A stretch of DNA of 64,000 nt from Microcoleus sp. (lineage in GTDB: Bacteria; Cyanobacteriota; Cyanobacteriia; Cyanobacteriales; Microcoleaceae): contig JAYFMW010000005.1 in NCBI GenBank assembly GCA_042408215.1, forward strand, positions 512,001 through 576,000. The letters run 5' to 3'. Shown here in pieces: positions 32,886-43,400 of this stretch (its first letter is position 1; every line of letters starts with the position of its first letter). Under the pieces are notes generated by a model, which searched no databases, was not told where the DNA came from, and was given only the letters and a program-made list of their open reading frames with translations. The translations under genes and the position numbers were made by a program.

Positions 32886-34455
32886 CTTCATCCATCTCCT
32901 TTTCAAAATAGTCTGAAATTTTTGTATTAATCTCTCGACGAGTTACTGTCAGTTTTTTCTGTTCCAGCTTTTTATCCAAAAACTCTTCGTAACTGAAGTG
33001 ATAGATGCTGTAACAAGTTTGTTCTTCTAACTCTTCCTGATTGAAAAACTCAATCCACTCATCCAACAACTGTTGTACTTTATCTATATCTTCTTCAGAA
33101 ATGTCAGCTATCAACTCACATGAAATTTGTTCCTGCACCTCAAGTAAAATACAGATAATGACAACTTTATAACGCTCCCGTTCGGCATTCATCCCCTTGA
33201 GTTTCCAATGCTCCTCATAGTAATCTTGCAGATCTGTTGGCAATGCTTTTAGAGAGATATCTCTGTAAATACTGTTTTCTCCCTTAGCAATTTCTGACAA
33301 GACACAACGCAAATACATGAAGTTGTTTTTACTCTTTTGTGCTATCTGTTCAATAAATTCTTCCTTGCTCAGATTTCGAGCTTCAATCCACTGACGTAAG
33401 CCATTTCCAAACTCTGGATCGACCAGGAATAACCGAATGTAGTCTTTCACATCTTTTTCGCTCTCTTTCGGATATTTCCATAAATTAAAATAATGTTTGG
33501 GAGCCTCGACTAACAAACGCTCTTCCTCCGGGAGAAAGGGGCGTCGTGTCAGCAGAAAGTAGACATTATCTGGGAGATATCTAGGTAAGTAACAAAGATT
33601 TGTCACCTCTTGTTGGTTCTTTTTTTCAACTTCGTCCAGTGCGTCAACTGCAATTACCAAACGTTCACCAGGTGGAAGCAACTTGCTAACCTTCTGAATT
33701 AACTCATCTAAAAACTCACCATCGTTAATGGCGCGATCTGGCAAGGAATCATAACCCAAGTTGTAACGTTCTATCAGTTGATTGCAAACAGTTCTGAGAA
33801 ATTGCTCTACCTTATTTCTACCACCACTACGAATGATGAAATGACCCACACATTGTTTGTCGGTAATATACTTAGCCAAAATCGTACTTTTGCCGATGCC
33901 CGGTTCGCCTACTATTGTAAAGTAGCCATTGCTATTGGTACTAAAAAAGTTTTCGATCGCATCGAATACAAAGCGACGACCAACAAATCTTTTAAGCTTG
34001 CGATCGATCAGCGATTGAAATTTCGACAACTCCCCTTTGAATTCGGGTTGATCATTTACAAACCTTGGCCAGTCACTAGGATCGACAATGCGGCGCGGAT
34101 CTACACCCAAGGCACTGGCAACGCTCTTGATAGAATCAACACGCACTCGGTTACACTTGAACATTCGCTCAATCGTATCTTTACTAACCCCTGCGACAGT
34201 TATAAGGACTGGTTGAGTCCATTTTTTTGACGCTTTGTCCTTAGCCTGTTCAATTTTCTCAGCATCGTCTAGAGTAACGGAATTCCGATTTTTACGGTGC
34301 TGACCAATAACTTCAGTTTTTACACCTGCCAGTCTTGCCAGGTGTGGATCGGACATTTTATCCACTTCTCTTGCTATATCTTTCATCCTGTTCTTCAGCA
34401 GTTCCACGCCTTCTAGGGTTAACGGCACGTTAATGTTGCTGGATGTTGGACTCAC
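32875..34455 (-). CDS. STAND/NACHT-like ATPase with N-terminal HTH
   Basis: FVGR, Walker A GEPGIGKS, Walker B IAVDALDE, LLTRRP, NFMYL, YSIYHFS; N-terminal XRE-like AGVSKDTIERM...ASALGV. Confidence 0.85.
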   Translation of the reverse strand: MSPTSSNINVPLTLEGVELLKNRMKDIAREVDKMSDPHLARLAGVKTEVIGQHRKNRNSVTLDDAEKIEQAKDKASKKWTQPVLITVAGVSKDTIERMFKCNRVRVDSIKSVASALGVDPRRIVDPSDWPRFVNDQPEFKGELSKFQSLIDRKLKRFVGRRFVFDAIENFFSTNSNGYFTIVGEPGIGKSTILAKYITDKQCVGHFIIRSGGRNKVEQFLRTVCNQLIERYNLGYDSLPDRAINDGEFLDELIQKVSKLLPPGERLVIAVDALDEVEKKNQQEVTNLCYLPRYLPDNVYFLLTRRPFLPEEERLLVEAPKHYFNLWKYPKESEKDVKDYIRLFLVDPEFGNGLRQWIEARNLSKEEFIEQIAQKSKNNFMYLRCVLSEIAKGENSIYRDISLKALPTDLQDYYEEHWKLKGMNAERERYKVVIICILLEVQEQISCELIADISEEDIDKVQQLLDEWIEFFNQEELEEQTCYSIYHFSYEEFLDKKLEQKKLTVTRREINTKISDYFEKEMDEDDE

Positions 34456-34734
34456 AGACTGTACTCCAGTTCATACTAAATTCTCTTAAAGATAGCAAAT
34501 TTTTCTCTACTACTCCTGTTTCGGGGTTTCCAAGGCTTTCTCTGTTATTCATGTCTGCTACCGATCGACGCAACTGCGTATTTGTGACTGATACGAGCAG
34601 TTTAGGGCGATCGCTCAAATCGTGGCAAGGGGGCAAAAGGGGGCAAAAGGGGCAGAAAAAAGACCCCCCTTTTGCCCTCTGTCATATTTTTGTCACCCGT
34701 GTCAGAGTACAGATGTCCCAGCGAGAAAAGAGAA

Positions 34735-35829
34735 ATGCACGAACTAAATCACCCTTATGAAACTTCTGCAAACCCTAACATCTGGCTGAAAAAGAGCAAA
34801 ATATGGTTCAAAAAGTCCAAAGATTTGATCTTGACTGACCCACAAGAGCTCCACGGCTCTAATTACGTTACTGAAGAAGTCACACAAGCTTCGACAGTTA
34901 CAGCAACAGCTATCAACGTCAGCAACACGATTGACGGCGTGAGCATCTTCCCCTTGCTGTTGTACTCCTGCAAAGACATGGGGCTTTTAGGATTCATTTT
35001 CGCCCTTGCCCTTGCTCTTGCTATGACCAAATTTACCAACGGTATGGGCAAAGCAGTTGCCACTCGCAAACCGGGAAACCGAATTTGGTCTGCCTGTGCC
35101 ACCGTGCCGATGTTGGCAATGAACGTCTTGATGTCTGGAACCTCTTTAGTCGCACCTGAATTATCGCTAAACCAGAGTCATTTAGCCGAGTTAAGAGCAA
35201 AAGAATTGGTCGCCGAACAAGAAATTAAGGTTAACGACGTTCAGCCAGATTTAAGAGCAGTTAAAGATGCAGAAGCCAAATGTAAAGAGTTTCAAGAAAA
35301 GGCTGCGACTTATCCTGAAGGCAGCACCGCACGCAATGACTATTTTATCAAAGCTAACGGTTTGTATCAAGAACAAAACCGCGACTGGAAATCGGTGTTG
35401 GCTCAAGAAGGTCAAGCAAAAGTACCCTTCTGCCCTTTAACCAAGCTTTTAACAGAAGATGCTTTCAAAGTCTCTCAAGTCGCTAAAGCTGACTGGGAAA
35501 AGCAAAAAGATCAGATTGTGCGATCGGCTAGCTATGCAGCAGGAGTAAAACAAATCATGCCCGCTCTTTACGAACAGCACTTCGACGCTAACGGCCAGTT
35601 AATTTCTGGGACAGAAGCGACTCGCTTAGCGATACAAAGTACAACTTCAAAAATGATGACAGGAAATTGGAATAGTCTCGGCTTTTCACTTTTCTTTTTC
35701 GCGACATCAGTGATTACTTCTGCGGGGGCTTGCGCCTTGGCGATCGCTCATTCGTATCGTGAAGACATTAAAATTTCTTTTGACGAGTCTCTCCAAATGG
35801 AACTTGATGAATTTTTGGAAGATAGCTAA
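34735..35829 (+). CDS. Hypothetical membrane protein (N-terminal TMs, helical soluble region, C-terminal TM)
   Basis: Long ORF with hydrophobic segments LLGFIFALALALAM and SLGFSLFFFATSVITSAGACALAI; abuts the next gene. Confidence 0.7.
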   Translation: MHELNHPYETSANPNIWLKKSKIWFKKSKDLILTDPQELHGSNYVTEEVTQASTVTATAINVSNTIDGVSIFPLLLYSCKDMGLLGFIFALALALAMTKFTNGMGKAVATRKPGNRIWSACATVPMLAMNVLMSGTSLVAPELSLNQSHLAELRAKELVAEQEIKVNDVQPDLRAVKDAEAKCKEFQEKAATYPEGSTARNDYFIKANGLYQEQNRDWKSVLAQEGQAKVPFCPLTKLLTEDAFKVSQVAKADWEKQKDQIVRSASYAAGVKQIMPALYEQHFDANGQLISGTEATRLAIQSTTSKMMTGNWNSLGFSLFFFATSVITSAGACALAIAHSYREDIKISFDESLQMELDEFLEDS

Positions 35830-36609
35830 ATGCAAAGTGTACCCTATTCACCCTTGGGTACACAACCACCAAAGACCCAAAAAACAGTCACTCAACACTC
35901 ACAAGTAATTGTTATGACCGCAAAAAATCCCAACGACATTCAAGCTGAAAATGTGATCGATTTCCGAGGTCATTCCAGAACCGATCCTCAAAACAAGTAC
36001 ATTGATACCAGCAAAGCCGATCAATACCGGAACACTGGTAAATGTGACGATCCAAAATTAAAACAGGTTGTTAAACTTTTCCGTTCTGGTCAAGAAGTGA
36101 TATCCTCACAAAGAGCTGAAAGGTTAACTCAGGCTCTTAATCAGAATGTAGAAATTGTTGAAAAATCAGCCTATTCTTTAGGTGATATGCTCCATTTTTT
36201 AGGGAGCGAACTGCAAAAACATCCAGAGCAGATTCAAGGTGGTAATATCAAAGCGATCGAACAACGGCTTGAGTTAGAGCAAAAAAACCTTGAGCTAGGA
36301 ATTTATCGCCTGTTTAACATTGCCAAAAAACACCCTCAACAAATCATAGGTAAAATCACTGAGGAACAAAAAGCTGATAATCGACGTTATCAAAAGCTAA
36401 TCAATGATATCGATTATATTCGGAGGTTTTTGGTCGAGCAAGCCCATGTATCAGTGGCATTTTTTGAGCAAAGTTCTCATCCTAAAGCTTACCTGCGTCG
36501 TAGCTTAAATTATCTCGATGTTTTGCCAAGATATTGTGGAGAATTAGCCAATCTTACCCGGAGAAATATTTTTGATAAAGTTCCTGGTACGCAATCTGAT
36601 GATTTGTGA
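35830..36609 (+). CDS. Hypothetical helical protein
   Basis: 259-aa ORF whose start immediately follows the upstream stop codon; no recognised motif. Confidence 0.65.
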   Translation: MQSVPYSPLGTQPPKTQKTVTQHSQVIVMTAKNPNDIQAENVIDFRGHSRTDPQNKYIDTSKADQYRNTGKCDDPKLKQVVKLFRSGQEVISSQRAERLTQALNQNVEIVEKSAYSLGDMLHFLGSELQKHPEQIQGGNIKAIEQRLELEQKNLELGIYRLFNIAKKHPQQIIGKITEEQKADNRRYQKLINDIDYIRRFLVEQAHVSVAFFEQSSHPKAYLRRSLNYLDVLPRYCGELANLTRRNIFDKVPGTQSDDL

Positions 36610-36726
36610 ATGGAATATTTTCATGCACAAAAATGACCAGATAGAAACCCATTTTTTTAGTGAGACTGGGTTTCTATACTTGGATGGAATTTACATTTTA
36701 CTTACTTACAGAATAGGAGAAAAATC

Positions 36727-37431
36727 ATGTTAAGCAGACTGTTCAAAATGTTCCGCACAATCTCAGGTAATGATACTGCTACCCTTCCCCCTAAGCCTCC
36801 TAAATTCAATAAAATCATGAAAGAGGCAGAATTTCATCAAGAATATAAATTTGGTCGGAGAGATTTTCGTAACTTCATTTTTGAAAATGTCAATTTCCAA
36901 GACATCTATTTGCGTGGAATTGATTTCCGTGGCTCGGATTTTCGGATGGTCAATTTACATGATGGAGTACAATTAAAGGGTGCTGATTTAAGTGGCGTGA
37001 CACTCAGTGGCATGAATTTACAGGGCATAGACCTCAGTAACGCTAATTTATACGAAGCGGTACTTGTCGGAACTGATTTGAGAGGTGCAAATCTCAATGG
37101 GGTAAACTTCGGTAAAGCTAATTTGAGCTATGTCAATTTATACCATGCTTTCTTAGTAGGAGCCGAATTGCCTGATGCTCAATTATACGCTGCTGACTTG
37201 AGCAAAGCCGATCTAAGAGGAGCCAATCTTAGCCGTGCTAATTTGAGTCGAGCGAACTTGACTTGGGCTGACCTTAGCAATACAAATCTGGGTGAAGCTG
37301 ACCTGACAATGGCGAATTTAAGTTACGCTGATTTGGAAGGTTCTAACCCCCAATTTGCTCATACCCTATTCACTACTTTGGAAGGTGTGCGATTACCTGA
37401 AGGTGCTTTTTTTGTCAAGCACAAGGGTTAA
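36727..37431 (+). CDS. Pentapeptide repeat protein
   Basis: A(D/N)Lxx repeats; AGGAG RBS. Confidence 0.9.
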   Translation: MLSRLFKMFRTISGNDTATLPPKPPKFNKIMKEAEFHQEYKFGRRDFRNFIFENVNFQDIYLRGIDFRGSDFRMVNLHDGVQLKGADLSGVTLSGMNLQGIDLSNANLYEAVLVGTDLRGANLNGVNFGKANLSYVNLYHAFLVGAELPDAQLYAADLSKADLRGANLSRANLSRANLTWADLSNTNLGEADLTMANLSYADLEGSNPQFAHTLFTTLEGVRLPEGAFFVKHKG

Positions 37432-37620
37432 GGTTCGGTTAATCTCAATTGTACGGTCAAGTTTGATGAATTTTTTGTGGGTGGGCCAGAAATCCCGCCC
37501 CTAAAATACAATTTTTGTCTATCATCAAACTGTGACAAACTGACATTCGTGACTGCCGTACACTACATTCCTTGCCCAACTTACTCCTCTCTTCCTCCGC
37601 GCCCTCTGCGTCCTCTGCGG

Positions 37621-38182
37621 TAAATCAAAAAATTAGTGATTTTGAATACAATTTCCAACTCAACAGTCGATCGCACCTCTCAATTTTGTCTGGGGATCTA
37701 AAGTTCACCTAAAGTTCCATGCCCGATCGCAAAACCCTCCCTAAGATAGAAGTTGCAGGACGATCGGTCTCATCGCCGATTCAGCAACACCTGAAAAATC
37801 CCAAACGAGGGAGCCACAAGACAGGGAGGACATCAAAATCATGGTAAACGCGCCGACAGGGGAAACCCGCCTAGGCCCGATCGCTCAGGTGCAAGCCTTA
37901 GACCGCGATTGCACGACTCTATCCCGTCACGTACTCCAGCAACTCCAAAGCTTTTCAGCAGATGCTCAGGATCTGAGCGCGCTGATGAATCGGATCGGAC
38001 TAGCAGCCAAGCTGATCGCCAGGCGACTTAGCAGAGCCGGGTTAATGGAAGATGCTTTAGGGTTTACAGGGGCTGTAAACGTGCAGGGAGAATCCGTCAA
38101 ACATATGGATATCTATGCCAATGAAGTGTTTATCTCCGTATTTCAGCAAAGTGGACTTGTCTGCCACTTGGCTTCGGAGGAA
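37621..38182 (+). repeat. Near-identical duplicate of the fbp upstream region + first 114 codons (matches 48690-49251)
   Basis: Direct comparison; only two differences seen in the 342 coding nt. Confidence 0.95.
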
Positions 38183-38512
38183 GAGGTATATAAAACAGAA
38201 CCTTGGATGATCCCTCTTGCCAAGAGTTTCAAATTACCGGTGATTCATCAAGACCAGGTAATTGAATTGCCAAAGGATGCGACGGCGATCGCGGGCAATC
38301 CCTTTTGCCCTTATAGTGTCGTCACATATGGCGGATCTGTCTTGACTTTTCAGGGACATCCAGAGCATAAAAAGACCTATACGCAGGCGTTAATGCTGCG
38401 CCGGAAAGATGTCATGGAAGAAACGGTGTTCTCCGCAGGTTTGCGTTCACTGGATGACGACCCCGACGCCCAACTGGTCGCAAAATGGGTCGTCAATTTC
38501 CTTGAGGAATGA
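37841..38512 (+). pseudogene. Chimeric ORF: FBPase N-terminus fused in frame to the C-terminal half of a class I glutamine amidotransferase
   Basis: Residues 1-114 match Fbp; then IHQDQV..LP..A, FCP, TFQGHPE (GATase His-x-Glu), without the nucleophile-Cys region. Confidence 0.8.
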
Positions 38513-39483
38513 AACGAAAAATCTTAAATGGGAGAGGGGGTATATTGAGTCAAGCACAGCCTAAGTCTCTGGTTTCAATGGGTTATTTTTGGGCATTAGT
38601 TGCCACTGTCATTTGGGCTGGTAACTTTATTGTTGCGAGAAGTTTTAATCAGGATATCCTACCAGTGGGTCTAGCTTTTTGGCGATGGACGATTGCCGTT
38701 GTGACCTTGACACCATTTGCCGTGAGGGTGACAGTCGAAGACTGGAAACTGGTTCAAAAACATCTCCCCTACTTGGCCGTATCGGCGTTGTCAGGAGTGA
38801 CTGTTTTTAACACCTTGATCTACATTGCGGGTCACACAACGCAGGCGATGAACCTGGCTTTAATCGCCACTTCTTCCCCCATTTTTATCGTACTCATGTC
38901 TCGTCTCTTTTATGGCGAACCGATCTCTTTAACTCGTGCTGCGGGGATCGTGGTGGTGGTACTCGGTGTTGTATTGTTGATCGCGGGAGGCTCATTAGAG
39001 AAGCTGTTGAGTATTTCTTTCGCAATTGGCGATCTGTATATGTTGTTAGCAGCTATAATCTTCGCTGGCTACGCTATGCTAGTAAACCACAAGCCAGCCA
39101 CCATGAGAATGAAAACTTTCGCCTTATGTACTTTTAGCTTAGGGCTATTATTCTTAACGCCTTTCTATGTGCTGGAATGTTTGATTTATCACCCTGTTGT
39201 TTTCAATCCTTCGATATTGCTTGCTTTACTCTACGTTGGAATTTTATCCTCAGTGGTGGCGTTTCTTGCATGGAATCAGGCAATTATCCTAATCGGTCCT
39301 TCCCGCGCAGCTTTAATGTATTACCTAGTTCCGGTCTTCAGTGGCATTGCTGCGTGGCTTTTTTTAGGTGAACCAATCAGATTAGTGCATATCTTCAGTA
39401 TGTTGCTCATCGTCTGCGGTATTTTTATTACTAACCGCACGGAACTTGGCGTTGCAAAAAGAAGAGCCAGAAAGAAGAAATAA
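38509..39483 (+). CDS. DMT/EamA family transporter
   Basis: ~10 TM segments; [27 protein letters not shown]. Confidence 0.9.
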   Translation: MKRKILNGRGGILSQAQPKSLVSMGYFWALVATVIWAGNFIVARSFNQDILPVGLAFWRWTIAVVTLTPFAVRVTVEDWKLVQKHLPYLAVSALSGVTVFNTLIYIAGHTTQAMNLALIATSSPIFIVLMSRLFYGEPISLTRAAGIVVVVLGVVLLIAGGSLEKLLSISFAIGDLYMLLAAIIFAGYAMLVNHKPATMRMKTFALCTFSLGLLFLTPFYVLECLIYHPVVFNPSILLALLYVGILSSVVAFLAWNQAIILIGPSRAALMYYLVPVFSGIAAWLFLGEPIRLVHIFSMLLIVCGIFITNRTELGVAKRRARKKK

Positions 39484-39516
39484 ATTAGTTGGGGAGATCG
39501 GATAGTAAATGCTTTC

Positions 39517-39681
39517 TATAAATAAAAAGAATAGTGATTTTGAATACAATTCCCGACTAAACGCTCGATCGCACTCCTCAATTTTGTGTGCAGATCTAAA
39601 ATTCCCCTAAAGTTCTCGCGGGCGATCGCAAAACCCTCCCTAAGATAGAAGTTGCAGGACGATCGGTCTCATCGCTGATTC
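39517..39681 (+). repeat. Third, more diverged copy of the fbp upstream region
   Basis: TTTTGAATACAATTCCCGACT...CGCAAAACCCTCCCTAAGATAGAAGTTGCAGGACGATCGGTCTCATCGC is shared with ~37621-37780 and ~48690-48850. Confidence 0.9.
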
Positions 39682-39893
39682 GGGGATATGAAGCGGTGCA
39701 AGAAGCAGCCGTAAATGCTGGGGCTTGTGGAATGGTAATTAGCGGTGCGGGGCCGACGCTTTTGGCTTTAACGGATGCTACTAATGCTGTTGCGGTTGTG
39801 AGGGAAATGGCGGCTGCTTGGGGGGATTTTGGGGTGAAGGCTGATGTAAGGGCGATCGGGCTTGATACTCAAGGCGCGCAAGTCTCCAGTTAG
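39671..39893 (+). pseudogene. thrB: Duplicate 3' end of thrB (different allele)
   Basis: 39671-39885 aligns without gaps to 29971-30185 with 17 mismatches in 215 nt by manual count. Confidence 0.93.
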
Positions 39894-40469
39894 TTGAGTT
39901 CGCTTGACAAAAAATCTAATTTGTGGTAATCGAGCGGGTTTTCTGACATCTTTGGCAGGAAAAGGCGATTTGCGATGCTTGGCGATCGGGATAGATCCGC
40001 TTCACGAACCCTTTAATGAATGTTGCGATCGGTTTTTTCGTAATTTTGCGAACAAATTAAGTTACTTTTTATACAAAGAACAGGCAAATTAGTTTGGCGA
40101 TCCCAGTCCAAAACTCTCACTCATACCAAAATTCGTAGTCTGATATTTCAGGGTACGGAAGTAAGTTAAAGCTTCGATCAAGTTTACTTCAAGATGGCAA
40201 AAACCGCTTGCGATCGATAAAAGTTATTGATATTCTGAAATCTATCGGTTAACAACAGCAATAAAAAAACCAACTTATTGCCATCACATCAAATTTTTGT
40301 CAGCCGTGCTGGCAGGTTTTCACCTGTGGATATCGCATCTTGCATCCGCAAGGTAAAACCCAAACCTCCAGCGTGGTATAGACTCGCTTTGCTTGCGAAA
40401 TTTTCAAAATCTACATCCTCAAATTCTGCATCTTTTGGTCACTTTTATTGTCAATAAAGGACTTAAATC

Positions 40470-43400
40470 ATGTTACGAATCGAAGCATCTACTCCCCAAC
40501 CAACCGCCAACACTTCCATCATCTCCGACATTACAGAAGACTTGCAAGTAGGAAATTATACCAGCAATCATTCTTCCCCCTCCGCCCCGAAAAATCTTCT
40601 AACAACTAACGAAATATCATCCACATCCAGCATTGAACTATTACGATCGAACAACAAAATCCTCGATCGAAGCCCAGAAAACCCTCCCCGACAAGCAGAC
40701 ATAGACGCCTTCATACTCAACAAAAATCCAACACAAACAATCAACAGCATCGCCGAAAAACCGCAAACATCCACCTCCAAAACCGACATAATAACAGGCG
40801 ATACAGCCCAGCCAGCAACTCACAATAACATCCCTTTCGACTCCGGCATTTTCCAAGGAAATCAAACAGGTAAAATTAGCTTCGCATACCTATCAGAATT
40901 GCGTACATCAGAGAAAGACAAAGAATTGATAGCTGAGGCTACACCGAAAACCGAGACTAAATTAGCACAAAAAAAAGCAGATACTACTTCTACAACAAAT
41001 CCTGTTGAAACACAACTGGAAAATTCCCCAGCAACAGAAACCAAAAACTCGACTGTTTCCGAAATTCCTAATTCTGCGAGAAATCCTGTCGATCCAAAAC
41101 TGGAAAATTCCCCAGCGACAGAAACTCAAAACCCGAAAGTTTCCGAAATTTCCAATTCCTCGACAACTCCTGCTGATCCAAAAACCGAAAATTCCCCAGC
41201 GACAGAAACCAAAAACTCGACTGTTTCCGAAATTCCCAATTCTGCGAGAAATCCTGTCGATCCAAAACTGGAAAAATCTCCCGTAGTTGAAGCCAAAAAT
41301 CCCGCAATTTCCGAAATTCGCAATTCTGCGACAAATTCTGCTGAAACAAAACCGGAAAATTCCCCAGCGACAGAAACCAAAAACTCGACTGTTTCCGAAA
41401 TTCCCAATTCCTCGACAACTCCTGCTGATCCAAAAACCGAAAATTCCCCAGCGACAGAAACCAAAAACTCGACTGTTTCCGAAATTCCCAATTCTGCGAC
41501 AAATTCTGCTGAAACAAAACCGGAAAATTCCCCAGCGACAGAAACCAAAAACTCGACTGTTTCCGAAATTTCCAATTCCTCGACAACTCCTGCTGATCCA
41601 AAAACCGAAAACTCCCCAGCGACAGAAACCAAAAACTCGACTGTTTCCGAAATTCCCAATTCTGCGACAAATTCTGCTGAAACAAAACCGGAAAATTCCC
41701 CAGCGACAGAAACCAAAAACTCGACTGTTTCCGAAATTTCCAATTCCTCGACAACTCCTGCTGATCCAAAAACCGAAAACTCCCCAGCGATAGAAACTCA
41801 AAACCCGAAAGTTTCCGAAATTCCCAATTCTGCGAGAAATCCTGTCGATCCAAAACTGGAAAAATCTCCCGTAGTTGAAGCCAAAAATCCCGCAATTTCC
41901 GAAATTCCCAATTCTGCGACAACTCCTGCTGATCCAAAAACCGAAAATTCCCCAGCGACAGAAACCAAAAACTCGACTGTTTCCGAAATTCCCAATTCTG
42001 CGACAACTCCTGCTGATCCAAAAACCGAAAATTCCCCAGCGACAGAAACCAAAAACTCGACTGTTTCCGAAATTCCCAATTCTGCGACAACTCCTGCTGA
42101 TCCAAAAACCGAAAATTCCCCAGCGACAGAAACCAAAAACTCGACTGTTTCCGAAATTCCCAATTCTGCGAGAAATCCTGTCGATCCAAAACTGGAAAAA
42201 TCTCCCGTAGTTGAAGCCAAAAATCCCGCAATTTCCGAAATTCCCAATTCTGCGAGAAATCCTGTCGATCCAAAACTGGAAAATTCCCCAGCGACAGAAA
42301 CCAAAAACTCGACTGTTTCCGAAATTCCCAATTCTGCGACAACTCCTGCTGATCCAAAACTGGAAAAATCTCCCGTAGTTGAAGCCAAAAATCCTACAAT
42401 TTCCGAAATTCGCAATTCTGCGACAAATTCTGCTGAAACAAAACCGGAAAATTCCCCAGCGACAGAAACTCAAAACCCGAAAGTTTCCGAAATTCCCAAT
42501 TCTGCGACAAATCCTGTCGATCCAAAACTGGAAAATTCCCCAGCGACAGAAACCAAAAACTCGACTGTTTCCGAAATTCCCAATTCTGCGACAACTCCTG
42601 CTGATCCAAAACTGGAAAAATCTCCCGTAGTTGAAGCCAAAAATCCTACAATTTCCGAAATTCGCAATTCTGCGACAAATTCTGCTGAAACAAAACCGGA
42701 AAATTCCCCAGCGACAGAAACTCAAAACCCGAAAGTTTCCGAAATTCCCAATTCTGCGACAACTCCTGTCGATCCAAAACTGGAAAAATCTCCCGTAGTT
42801 GAAGCCAAAAATCCCGCAATTTCCGAAATTCCCAATTCTGCGACAACTCCTGCTGATCCAAAAACCGAAAATTCCCCAGCGACAGAAACCAAAAACTCGA
42901 CTGTTTCCGAAATTCCCAATTCTGCGACAACTCCTGCTGATCCAAAAACCGAAAATTCCCCAGCGACAGAAACCAAAAACTCGACTGTTTCCGAAATTCC
43001 CAATTCTGCGACAACTCCTGTCGATCCAAAACTGGAAAATTCCCCAGCGACAGAAACCAAAAACTCGACTGTTTCCGAAATTCCTAATTCTGCGAGAAAT
43101 CCTGTCGATCCAAAACTGGAAAAATCTCCCGTAGTTGAAGCCAAAAATCCTACAATTTCCGAAATTCCCAATTCTGCGACAAATTCTGCTGAAACAAAAA
43201 CCGAAAATTCCCCAGCGACAGAAACCAAAAACTCGACTGTTTCCGAAATTCGCAATTCTGCGACAAATTCTGCTGAAACAAAAACCGAAAATTCCCCAGC
43301 GACAGAAACCAAAAACTCGACTGTTTCCGAAATTCCCAATTCTGCGACAACTCCTGTCGATCCAAAACTGGAAAATTCCCCAGCGACAGAAACCAAAAAC

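Noticed and set aside
40826..40900. IPFDSGIFQGNQTGKISFAYL as a remnant of a cyanobacterial surface-protein domain
   Set aside because: Resemblance is from memory and too short to support without a search.
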